From Actinomycetes bacterium (GTDB taxonomy: Bacteria > Actinomycetota > Actinomycetes > Nanopelagicales > Nanopelagicaceae), in assembly GCA_025363635.1 (NCBI GenBank), contig JANYDL010000034.1, positions 14,555 to 38,554 of the forward strand: 24,000 bases of DNA. Reading direction: 5' to 3'. Made by a program: the position numbers and the translations under genes. The notes beneath the pieces are model-generated. The model ran no database searches, was not told the DNA's origin, and saw only the letters and a program-made list of their open reading frames with translations. Below are positions 1 to 7,470 of this stretch, piece by piece; position 1 is the first letter of the stretch, and every line of letters starts with the position of its first letter.

Positions 1-2
1 TG

Positions 3-980
3 ATTGGGTATCACCCTACGGATTCACTCGTTTTAGTATCCCTCAAGGACCAGGCAGTTGTAATGGCGATGCGGGTCGACTATCCCGGTTCTGCTAATCC
101 TGATGAGTGTGATGCCTTCGTTTCACACTTGTCTCGCAATGAGGCAGACGCCGCCCTCATTGTTGCCTATCTTCCCGATGAGGTTACTGACGGTATCGAT
201 CTCGTTATTGCCCTTACTCAAGCGCTTTCACGAGCGCAGATCGATCTCAAGGAGGCTCTTGTGATATCTCATGGTCGTTGGCGCTCAACTCTGTGTGAAG
301 ATCTGGAATGTTGCCCGCTCGAAGGCAAACTTTTACCTGATATCGCTTCTTCGCGAATTGCTGCCGAAAAAGTTAGCACTGGCAAAGTAATGCCTTTTGC
401 AGATGAAAAGGAGTTGGCAGATTCACTTGCGCCGGCCCCATTGGCTTTTGATGAGTCGTTCATGGAGAGGGTAAAGAGCGCGGCGATTTGTGCTGAGAAT
501 CCGAAGTTGAGCACCCTTCAAAGACTCGGTGCCGTAAGTGTGATCGATTTAGCCTCACGATTTATTGCAGGTTCAGTAGGCTTGAACATCGAATCAGACC
601 AAGAACTTTCAGCATGTGTGCTCGGGGCACTTAACGATATTCAAGTTCGAGACTTTGCCCTGGGCTCTCACACGGATGCAACTCACGAGGTTTATTGGCA
701 AATGTGGCGTTATCTCTTGCGTATAGCGCCCGTAGGATTTGTAGCCCCTGTCGCGACCCTCTTTGCTGCCACCTCGTATGAGCGGGGTGAAGGCGCATTG
801 GCTCAACGGGCGTTAGACAGAGCAGTGGCCGATGATGCGACCTACTCATTGGCCTCACTGCTGAGAAGGGTATTTAGCGCCGGATGGCCACCTGAGTCTT
901 TTGCGGCCATGCGTAAAGAACTTCACCCAAAAGTATGTGCGGGAATTTTCGAGAACCCTCCTGGCTCGACTCCTCTATAG
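3..980 (+). CDS. Conserved actinobacterial hypothetical protein, DUF4192-like; 5' end lies outside the window
   Basis: The ORF track lists 63..980, but the same frame stays open back to nt 3 (IGYHPTDSLVLVSLKDQAVV precedes the listed Met), so the gene is cut by the window edge. The G-x-HP-x-x-SLVLV N-terminal block and a position next to the principal sigma factor match my memory of DUF4192 proteins. The family call is from memory only. Confidence 0.5.
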   Translation: MGYHPTDSLVLVSLKDQAVVMAMRVDYPGSANPDECDAFVSHLSRNEADAALIVAYLPDEVTDGIDLVIALTQALSRAQIDLKEALVISHGRWRSTLCEDLECCPLEGKLLPDIASSRIAAEKVSTGKVMPFADEKELADSLAPAPLAFDESFMERVKSAAICAENPKLSTLQRLGAVSVIDLASRFIAGSVGLNIESDQELSACVLGALNDIQVRDFALGSHTDATHEVYWQMWRYLLRIAPVGFVAPVATLFAATSYERGEGALAQRALDRAVADDATYSLASLLRRVFSAGWPPESFAAMRKELHPKVCAGIFENPPGSTPL

Positions 981-1030
981 AGATTCCACGCTTTGAAATT
1001 GGTTCGGGCAAGGGCGTAAGATTTCACCCA

Positions 1031-1143
1031 GGTCACGAGTTCCAGGTACGAGCCCCAGCTCACTGGACGGCAACCCTCCATCGCGGCGGGGTGCTCTGGG
1101 TGAAGACCGGGTCGGTGGCTTGAGCACCGGCAAGTGCGGAAGG
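1031..1143 (+). promoter_or_regulatory. SAM-IV riboswitch (S-adenosylmethionine sensing leader) controlling metX
   Basis: The sequence GGTCACGAGTTCCAG...GAGCCCCAGCTCACTGGACGGCAACCCTCCATCGCGGCGGGGTGCTCTGGGTGAAGACCGGGTCGGTGGCTTGAGCACCGGCAAGTGCGGAAGG matches the conserved SAM-IV blocks nearly base for base: GGUCAxGAGU, CCAG..CUGG, CGGCAACCCUCCA, GCGGxGGGGUGC, GGGUGAxGACC and GGCAAGxGCGG. It includes the P1 pairing GGTC/GACC and the hairpin GGTG-N7-CACC. It sits directly 5' of a methionine-pathway gene, and its 3' end (GGAAGG, 1138-1143) is the only SD-like element for metX. Confidence 0.85.
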
Positions 1144-1149
1144 CTTGTG

Positions 1150-2253
1150 ATGACACATCTATCGCCAGAGGTCACGGGTGCTTGGCTCGAAACCCACGAT
1201 GTCGGGGAGCGAAAATTTCTCTCTATCGGCTCGCTCACTTTGGAAAGTGGAGAGGTGCTGCAGGCTGTCACCATCGCCTACCAAAGTTGGGGGGTACTTA
1301 ACGAATCACGTGATAACGCGATTTTGGTGAATCACGCGATGACCGGATGGTCAGATGTGCCAGGCTGGTGGCCCTCGATGGTGGGGCCAGGCTTGCCATT
1401 TGATACTGATAAGTATTTTGTCGTCTGTCCTAATGTTATTGGTGGCTGCCAAGGCAGTACAGGTCCATCTTCTTTGGGCCCGGATGGAGGTAGATACGGA
1501 TCACGCTTTCCCGTGGTGACCATCCGCGACATGGTCGCGGCCGAGGTGGCCTTTAGCGACGCACTTGGTATTACGCGCTATCAATTAGCCGTTGGTCCCT
1601 CCTTAGGGGGGATGAGAGCCCTGGAGTGGGCGGTTCAATTTCCACATCGAGTGGGAGCAATCTGCACTATTGGTTCATCGGCGGTCGCTACAGGGGATCA
1701 AATTGGTACAGCATCGATCCAAATCCGTGCAATTAAGAGTGACCCGCATTTTTATGGTGGTGATTATTACTCTCACCCCGCAGGGCCCAATGAAGGAATG
1801 GGCATCGCGCGCAGGATTGCTCATTTGACTTATCGGACAGAGGCAGAGATGGATGTGCGTTTTGGACGAGAACTTCAAGGCGATGACACGGGGCGATACG
1901 CCGTGGAGTCATATTTGGACCACCAAGCCAGTAAATTAGCCCGACGTTTCGACGCTAACACCTATATCTGCCTCACCGAGGCGATGAACTCGCACGACAT
2001 AGGAAGAGAGAGGGCAGGTGTGGCCGCGGCGCTCGCCGGCATTACGGTCCCCGTGGTCGTCGTGTCGATCGATACAGATAGGCTCTTTCCGCCTCGGCTT
2101 CAGGCAGAGATCGCTGAATTGGTTCCGCAATCCGAACTCATCTCAATTTCCTCGCCCTTCGGCCACGATGGTTTCCTCGTAGAAGTTGAAGCCGTCGGAG
2201 AAATCATCAGAGATGCTTTAGCTCGAAGCATAGGTTCGGGACCTGCGCATTGA
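1150..2253 (+). CDS. metX: Homoserine O-acetyltransferase (MetX/MetXA, alpha/beta hydrolase)
   Basis: The translation carries typical MetX blocks: NAILVNHAMTG, GWWPSMVGPG.PFDTDKYFVVCPNVIGGCQGSTGPSS, VGPSLGGMRALEW and the C-terminal SPFGHDGFL. The listed TTG start at 1120 lies inside the riboswitch. ATG 1150 (or GTG 1147) follows the GGAAGG SD. Confidence 0.9.
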   Translation: MTHLSPEVTGAWLETHDVGERKFLSIGSLTLESGEVLQAVTIAYQSWGVLNESRDNAILVNHAMTGWSDVPGWWPSMVGPGLPFDTDKYFVVCPNVIGGCQGSTGPSSLGPDGGRYGSRFPVVTIRDMVAAEVAFSDALGITRYQLAVGPSLGGMRALEWAVQFPHRVGAICTIGSSAVATGDQIGTASIQIRAIKSDPHFYGGDYYSHPAGPNEGMGIARRIAHLTYRTEAEMDVRFGRELQGDDTGRYAVESYLDHQASKLARRFDANTYICLTEAMNSHDIGRERAGVAAALAGITVPVVVVSIDTDRLFPPRLQAEIAELVPQSELISISSPFGHDGFLVEVEAVGEIIRDALARSIGSGPAH

Positions 2254-2270
2254 GCCCGCGGATGTGCAAT

Positions 2271-2299
2271 TTACCTGTGGATAATTTATAATATAGATA
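2271..2299 (+). promoter_or_regulatory. AT-rich block with -10-like hexamers; candidate sigA promoter
   Basis: TTACCTGTGGATAATTTATAATATAGATA contains GATAAT (2280-2285) and a perfect TATAAT (2287-2292), about 65 nt upstream of the sigA GTG. I see no convincing -35 element, so this is only a candidate. Confidence 0.3.
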
Positions 2300-2357
2300 T
2301 CGCTTCTTCGCACCCGGTGATCCCGATCTAGGTGATGAAGTCAAACAAAGGACTGAT

Positions 2358-4004
2358 GTGGCTGCTCTTAGTGCGCTCAAAAACAAGACAAAGGCTTCTT
2401 CACCCAAGAAATCTTCTTCTCCAGTCAAGAAAACAGTTGCTAAAAAAGCGGCGGTAAAAAAAGTTGCAACGAAAAAGGCGCCCGCTAAGAAGGCAGCAGC
2501 GAAGAAAGTTGCGCCGGTCAAATTTCTTGCGAAGAAAGAACTTACTGTCGCCGACATTCGTTCTATCGTGGTAGCAAAGGACGCCTTACTTCGTCAGAAG
2601 GCTGTGGATGCTGAAGTACTTAGCAGAGGTATCACAAGTTTGGGGCGGATTCCCAAGGCCGTAGATAAAGCACTAGTTGATGAAGCGCGCGAACTTCATG
2701 CCTCGATTCCTGTGATGCTAGAGAAGATGCGAAAGCAAGGGTTAAGCCCCAACAGAATGCTTAAGAAATCTGAATACGCACTTGTTGCGCCGGAACCGGC
2801 GGTTGCACCCATTGTGTCGCAGTTGGCAACTCCGGTCGCTGTAACTTCTGCGAAATCAGAGATTCCTGCTGTTGCGAAAATAGATGGAGAAGATGTCGAA
2901 CTCGAAGATGTCGAACTCGAAGATCTTGAAGCCTTGGTGGCAGAAGTTGCCGCTGATGAACCAGTGGAAGATAAGGCTGCGGCACCACGCGTTGTAAACC
3001 TTGCTGAAGAGAGCAATGGAAACGAAGAGGATGCATTCACCCTTAAGGCCTCCGAAGAAGATGATGCTCCCGCCCAGACTGTAATGACTGCTGGGGCTAC
3101 TGCAGACCCCGTAAAGGACTACCTCAAACAGATTGGTCGTGTTGCGCTTCTCAATGCTGAATTAGAAGTAGAACTTGCAACCCGAATTGAGGCAGGACTA
3201 TTTGCCGAAGAAAAAATTTCAACAGATAAGAAATTAGATAAGAAACTCAAGCGTGAACTTGAGTGGATCGCAGAAGATGGACGTCGCGCGAAGAACCACT
3301 TACTGGAGGCAAACCTTCGTTTGGTTGTTTCACTTGCTAAGCGTTACACGGGCCGTGGCATGCTATTCCTGGACCTTATTCAAGAGGGCAATCTTGGACT
3401 TATTCGTGCCGTTGAGAAATTCGATTACACAAAAGGCTACAAATTTTCAACATATGCGACGTGGTGGATCAGACAAGCCATTACACGCGCGATGGCAGAT
3501 CAAGCTCGTACGATTCGTATTCCAGTTCATATGGTTGAAGTCATCAATAAATTAGCCCGTGTACAGCGTCAAATGTTGCAAGACCTAGGTCGCGAACCAA
3601 CTCCTGAAGAATTAGCTAAAGAGTTGGATATGACACCCGAAAAGGTTGTCGAGGTACAAAAGTATGGGAGAGAGCCAATTTCGCTGCATACTCCACTGGG
3701 CGAAGAAGGCGATTCTGAATTTGGTGATTTGATTGAAGATTCAGAGGCAGTAGTACCAGCGGACGCTGTTTCATTTACATTGCTTCAAGAACAATTGCAT
3801 TCAGTGCTCGATACTCTTTCAGAGCGAGAAGCCGGTGTTGTTGCAATGCGTTTTGGCTTGACCGATGGTCAACCTAAAACTCTTGACGAAATTGGCAAGG
3901 TATATGGCGTTACTCGTGAACGAATTCGTCAGATCGAGTCAAAGACGATGTCTAAATTGCGCCACCCATCCCGTTCGCAAGTTCTTCGTGACTACCTCGA
4001 TTAG
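2358..4004 (+). CDS. sigA: Principal RNA polymerase sigma factor (sigma-70 group 1, HrdB/SigA)
   Basis: Regions 1.2 to 4.2 are almost invariant with actinobacterial HrdB/SigA: [94 protein letters not shown], and the C-terminal [32 protein letters not shown]. The N-terminus is a Lys/Ala-rich AKKA repeat followed by an acidic linker, as in Streptomyces HrdB. Confidence 0.97.
   Translation: MAALSALKNKTKASSPKKSSSPVKKTVAKKAAVKKVATKKAPAKKAAAKKVAPVKFLAKKELTVADIRSIVVAKDALLRQKAVDAEVLSRGITSLGRIPKAVDKALVDEARELHASIPVMLEKMRKQGLSPNRMLKKSEYALVAPEPAVAPIVSQLATPVAVTSAKSEIPAVAKIDGEDVELEDVELEDLEALVAEVAADEPVEDKAAAPRVVNLAEESNGNEEDAFTLKASEEDDAPAQTVMTAGATADPVKDYLKQIGRVALLNAELEVELATRIEAGLFAEEKISTDKKLDKKLKRELEWIAEDGRRAKNHLLEANLRLVVSLAKRYTGRGMLFLDLIQEGNLGLIRAVEKFDYTKGYKFSTYATWWIRQAITRAMADQARTIRIPVHMVEVINKLARVQRQMLQDLGREPTPEELAKELDMTPEKVVEVQKYGREPISLHTPLGEEGDSEFGDLIEDSEAVVPADAVSFTLLQEQLHSVLDTLSEREAGVVAMRFGLTDGQPKTLDEIGKVYGVTRERIRQIESKTMSKLRHPSRSQVLRDYLD
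2889..2930 (+). repeat. In-frame 15-bp tandem repeat in the acidic linker of sigA
   Basis: GAAGATGTCGAACTC occurs at 2889-2903 and identically at 2904-2918. A diverged partial third unit GAAGATCTTGAA follows. Together they encode [14 protein letters not shown]. Confidence 0.9.
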
Positions 4005-4012
4005 GAGGGGCA

Positions 4013-4237
4013 ATGAGTGAAAAAGTAACCATTAAAGTGAGGCCAAACGGTTCCATACGGATAACCGGTACAGCCGATTTCGTAGACGAAGCGGGATCTG
4101 TCATCAGGACAGAGACAAATTTTTCATTGTGCCGATGCGGAGGCTCACAAAATATGCCTTTTTGCGATAGCTCACATAAAGTTAATAATTTCCAGGCCCC
4201 TGCTTATAGTGGCGAAAATCAGATAGAAGGGGCTTGA
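4013..4237 (+). CDS. CDGSH-type iron-sulfur domain protein (mitoNEET-like 2Fe-2S fold)
   Basis: The translation contains C-R-C-G-G-S-Q-N-M-P-F-C-D-S-S-H, which is the CxCxxSxxxPxCD(G/S)SH signature. A strong SD (AGGAGGGG) lies 8 nt after the sigA stop. Confidence 0.85.
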   Translation: MSEKVTIKVRPNGSIRITGTADFVDEAGSVIRTETNFSLCRCGGSQNMPFCDSSHKVNNFQAPAYSGENQIEGA

Positions 4238-4434
4238 ACTAACTTTTCCGTCTCGTCTTGGATGTGAGCTACGAGCGGCTTAAGACCAACCGCGTACTCC
4301 TTGGCATGATGTCCACAAAAGAGGAGTTCGCCACCTGAGAGAAGAACCGCGCGGACATAAGCCTGAGCGCCGCAACGATCACAGCGATCCACAGCATTAA
4401 GGGGAGTGGCTTCCAGAATCATCTGTTCAGTCAT
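4219..4434 (-). CDS. Small conserved actinobacterial Cys-motif protein (CDRCGAxA...FCxHH; Rv2708c/DUF7455-like)
   Basis: The motif DRCDRCGAQAYVRAVLLSGGELLFCGHHAKEY is one I recognise from small proteins in actinobacterial sigA/sigB neighbourhoods. The start is placed at the second Met of MTMTEQ (ATG 4434), 6 nt after AAGGAG. The longer track ORF to 4500 has no SD. The 3' end overlaps the convergent CDGSH gene by 19 nt. Confidence 0.6.
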   Translation of the reverse strand: MTEQMILEATPLNAVDRCDRCGAQAYVRAVLLSGGELLFCGHHAKEYAVGLKPLVAHIQDETEKLVQAPSI

Positions 4435-4672
4435 TGTCATCTCCTTGTCGTGCGACCCAAGTGTGGGGAGTGGGTTGTCCACTAGGTAGTGAACATTCAA
4501 CCACCTATTACTTATTCCCGTTGTTAATTCTAAATTAAATCGGATTTTTCTTGATCTATTGTGCGCAGAATCTCGATATGTGGGCTCTTTCTCAGGAAGT
4601 GTTCATACTTGCAGTCGATTCTTGGGCGCGTTGAGAGAGATTGGCTCGTGCATTTCGCTAGCCTTTGCGCCC

Positions 4673-6754
4673 GTGAGTAAAGCAAATGCGAGTGCACAAC
4701 CTGCTGAGGTGAGTTATACCGCCAAGGATTTAGCTGTACTTGAAGGCTTGGATGCCGTCCGCAAACGACCTGGAATGTATATCGGTTCGACGGATTCTCG
4801 AGGATTACTGCACTGTCTTTGGGAAATAATCGACAATGCAGTGGACGAGGCGCTCGCAGGATTTTGCAAGAAGATTGATATCAATCTTGAAGCAGACGGC
4901 TCGGTGGAGGTGCACGATGATGGTCGAGGAATCCCCGTAGATAAGGAGCCAAAGACTGGGTTAACCGGCGTTGAGGTCGTGTTGACGAAATTGCATGCCG
5001 GTGGAAAATTCGGTGGCGGATCTTATGCAGCATCCGGAGGACTTCACGGGGTCGGTGCTTCAGTTGTAAATGCTCTAGCATCTCGCCTCGATGCAGAGGT
5101 CGATAGAGATGGCAAAATTTATTGGATGTCGTTTCAACGAGGCGTGGCAGGTATTTTTGATGGGGATGGTCCTCGAGCACCTTTTACGCCCACTTCAGGT
5201 CTTCGCAAGATTGGAACTGTTCCGAGAAAAGTGACCGGCACACGTATTAAATGGTGGAGCGATAAACAGATTTTTCTCAAAGAGGCAGAACTCGAACTCG
5301 AAGAAATTTATGCTCGCGCCCGTCAAACATCCTATCTCGTGCCGGGATTGACTTTGATAGTTAACGATAATCGCGACAAAGTCAGAACGTCAGAGACTTT
5401 TTATCATAAGGGTGGGATTTCCGAGTACTGCACATTCTTGCAACCTGATGAACCCATTGGGGATGTCATTCGGCTCAGCGGTGGTGGACATTATTCAGAG
5501 ACCGTTCCAGTTCTTGATGAGCAAGGCCACATGGTCTCGACTGAGGTAGAGCGAGATATGGGCGTTGACATTGCCATGAAATGGGGGAATGGATTCGAAA
5601 CGACAAATCGATCCTTCGTCAACATAATTGCGACCCCCAAGGGGGGCACCCATATGCAGGGATTTGAACGGGCGATCACGAAAGCATTCAATGAAGTTTT
5701 ACGATCGACAAAAACTCTGAAGAATAATGAAGCCGATGTTGTTAAGGATGACATTATGGAAGGGCTCACCGCTGTTATTACAGTGCGAATGTCAGAGCCA
5801 CAATTTGAGGGACAAACAAAGGAAGTTTTAGGAACTGCTGCGGCTACTCGCATCGTTGCTTCTGTTATTTCGGATGAAATGAAGGCGTTTTTTTCTACGA
5901 CAAAGAGGATTGATAAAGCTAACGGTCGCCTAATATTGGAAAAAGTAGTGGCGGCCTCGCGCACTCGAATCTCCGCCCGCGCCCATAAAGATCTGCAGCG
6001 TCGCAAGAATGCTTTAGAGAGTTCTTCTTTGCCGACGAAATTGTCGGATTGTCGCTCCGAGGATGTTTCCCGAACCGAACTCTTTATCGTTGAGGGAGAA
6101 TCTGCGTTAGGCACAACAAAAGCGGCAAGAAACTCAGAATTTCAAGCGATATTGCCTATTCGCGGGAAGATTCTAAATGTCCAGAAGGCCTCGCTTTCCC
6201 AAATGTTAGATAACACAGAATGTGCTTCGATCATTCAGGTGATCGGCGCTGGTTCAGGTCGTTCCTTCGAATTAGACGAGGCCCGCTATGGGCGAATAAT
6301 TCTCATGTCTGATGCCGACGTCGATGGGGCTCACATTCGCTGCCTCCTTCTGACTCTTCTCTATCGTTATATGCGTCCTCTCATTGATGCTGGTCGGGTA
6401 TTTGCGGCCATCCCACCTTTGCATCGAATAGAAGTAACAGGTTCTGGTGGCAAAAAAGGCGATTTCTACTACACCTATTCCGATGAGGAAATGCGAAAAG
6501 TCTTAGGAGATCTTGCCAAAGCAGGTAAGAAGTGGAAAGAACCCCTACAGCGATATAAGGGCCTCGGTGAGATGGATGCAGATCAATTGCGTGAGACCAC
6601 TATGGATCCAGATCATCGGACGCTGCGTCGTGTCACCGTGAATGATGCCGCGGCAGCAGATTCGATGTTTGAATTATTAATGGGAAATGAAGTTGCTCCA
6701 AGGAAGGACTTCATCACGACAGCAGAGATCGATCGTGATCGAATCGACGCTTAA
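4673..6754 (+). CDS. parE: Type IIA topoisomerase ATPase subunit, ParE-like (topoisomerase IV subunit B / GyrB paralogue)
   Basis: GHKL ATPase and Toprim motifs are present: LEGLDAVRKRPGMYIGSTDSRGLLHCLWEIIDNAVDEA, GGLHGVGASVVNALS, EGESALGTTKAARNSEFQAILPIRGKILNV, and MSDADVDGAHIRCLLLTLLYRYMRPLI. The EG(D/E)SALGT variant and the location next to hrdB fit the actinobacterial ParE clade rather than gyrB. The start is uncertain. GTG 4673 gives an N-terminus of normal length, whereas the track TTG 4559 adds 38 Cys/Ser-rich residues. Confidence 0.85.
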   Translation: MSKANASAQPAEVSYTAKDLAVLEGLDAVRKRPGMYIGSTDSRGLLHCLWEIIDNAVDEALAGFCKKIDINLEADGSVEVHDDGRGIPVDKEPKTGLTGVEVVLTKLHAGGKFGGGSYAASGGLHGVGASVVNALASRLDAEVDRDGKIYWMSFQRGVAGIFDGDGPRAPFTPTSGLRKIGTVPRKVTGTRIKWWSDKQIFLKEAELELEEIYARARQTSYLVPGLTLIVNDNRDKVRTSETFYHKGGISEYCTFLQPDEPIGDVIRLSGGGHYSETVPVLDEQGHMVSTEVERDMGVDIAMKWGNGFETTNRSFVNIIATPKGGTHMQGFERAITKAFNEVLRSTKTLKNNEADVVKDDIMEGLTAVITVRMSEPQFEGQTKEVLGTAAATRIVASVISDEMKAFFSTTKRIDKANGRLILEKVVAASRTRISARAHKDLQRRKNALESSSLPTKLSDCRSEDVSRTELFIVEGESALGTTKAARNSEFQAILPIRGKILNVQKASLSQMLDNTECASIIQVIGAGSGRSFELDEARYGRIILMSDADVDGAHIRCLLLTLLYRYMRPLIDAGRVFAAIPPLHRIEVTGSGGKKGDFYYTYSDEEMRKVLGDLAKAGKKWKEPLQRYKGLGEMDADQLRETTMDPDHRTLRRVTVNDAAAADSMFELLMGNEVAPRKDFITTAEIDRDRIDA

Positions 6755-7470
6755 ACTAAATTCTTTATACCTTGAGAGAGAAATAGATCTCGGTAACGCT
6801 GTAGATCTTGGGAATTCGCCGGCGACCATGAGCGCGCCGTGGCTCGGACGCCATGAGTCATAAATGCATTTATCTTGACTCTCATATCAGTATCAATTGC
6901 TAGCAGAAAGCGCGCCGTTGATATCAGATCTTCATCGGAGTCATTTTGTGATGGAACGAGCAGGAGGCGGACTTCGAACAACTTATTTATGGAAGCAAGA
7001 AACTTGATCGAGTCCAAAACTTGTTTGTTTGAATTTCCAGTCAATTCGAAATGTTTTTCATCATCAAGGACTTTCAGATCCAACATCACCCCATCAGTCA
7101 CAGGGGCAAGTGAACGCCATACATCTTCAGGGGCGTTACCATTGCTATCTATGAACGTCGTTAGATGTTGGAGATCTGGAGTTGTTTTTATGGCCTGGAA
7201 AAGTTCCGAAATGAATTCATATTGCATAGTGGCCTCGCCACCCGAGATGGTGACACCTGAAATGTAAGGCATAGACGCGCGAATTTTGAGGAGAAGATCT
7301 TCGACTGAATAAAGTGTTGCTCGCGGAGTCTGAAGTGGAATTGTTTGAGGATTGTGACATGCTAAACAGTTGAAATTGCATCCTTGAAGGAAGAGAACAA
7401 ATCTATTGCCGGGTCCATCTACCCAAGAAAATGAAATAACATCAGCTACCAGCGCGTGGTGAGCTTTCAT
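6751..7470 (-). CDS. Glycyl-radical enzyme activating protein (radical SAM, PflA/YjjW-like)
   Basis: The N-terminal SFSWVDGPGNRFVLFLQGCNFNCLACHNP combines the activase DGPG.R...F..GC block with the CxxxCxxC cluster. GGEA serves as the SAM-binding motif. At 239 aa it has no ferredoxin insert. Its stop overlaps the convergent parE stop within TTAA (6751-6754). Confidence 0.85.
   Translation of the reverse strand: MKAHHALVADVISFSWVDGPGNRFVLFLQGCNFNCLACHNPQTIPLQTPRATLYSVEDLLLKIRASMPYISGVTISGGEATMQYEFISELFQAIKTTPDLQHLTTFIDSNGNAPEDVWRSLAPVTDGVMLDLKVLDDEKHFELTGNSNKQVLDSIKFLASINKLFEVRLLLVPSQNDSDEDLISTARFLLAIDTDMRVKINAFMTHGVRATARSWSPANSQDLQRYRDLFLSQGIKNLV

Noticed and set aside
1120-1149. TTG start of the metX track ORF
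   Set aside because: It lies inside the conserved 3' hairpin of the SAM-IV riboswitch. The SD GGAAGG serves ATG 1150 / GTG 1147 instead.
2380-2530. Lys/Ala-rich AKKA repeat at the N-terminus of the sigma factor, resembling histone H1/HU-tail DNA-binding repeats
   Set aside because: It is real, but not novel. Streptomyces HrdB carries the same kind of AKKA/TAKK repeat followed by an acidic stretch, so this is a known lineage feature.
4559-4672. A 38-residue N-terminal extension of parE (MCAESRYVGSFSGSVHTCSRF...)
   Set aside because: It is Cys/Ser-rich and non-conserved in appearance. GTG 4673 gives an N-terminus of the same length as other actinobacterial ParE proteins. This is kept as an uncertainty rather than a firm rejection.
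5491-6114. A 207-aa ORF antisense to parE. Similar antisense or alternate-frame ORFs lie at 2207..2557, 2696..3040, 3253..3555, 6875..7267, 16017..16430, 16434..16721, 19776..20114 and 20357..20770
   Set aside because: All are embedded in genes with unambiguous conserved products on the other strand or frame. They have no SD and have low-complexity or Arg/Ser/Cys-skewed compositions typical of shadow ORFs.
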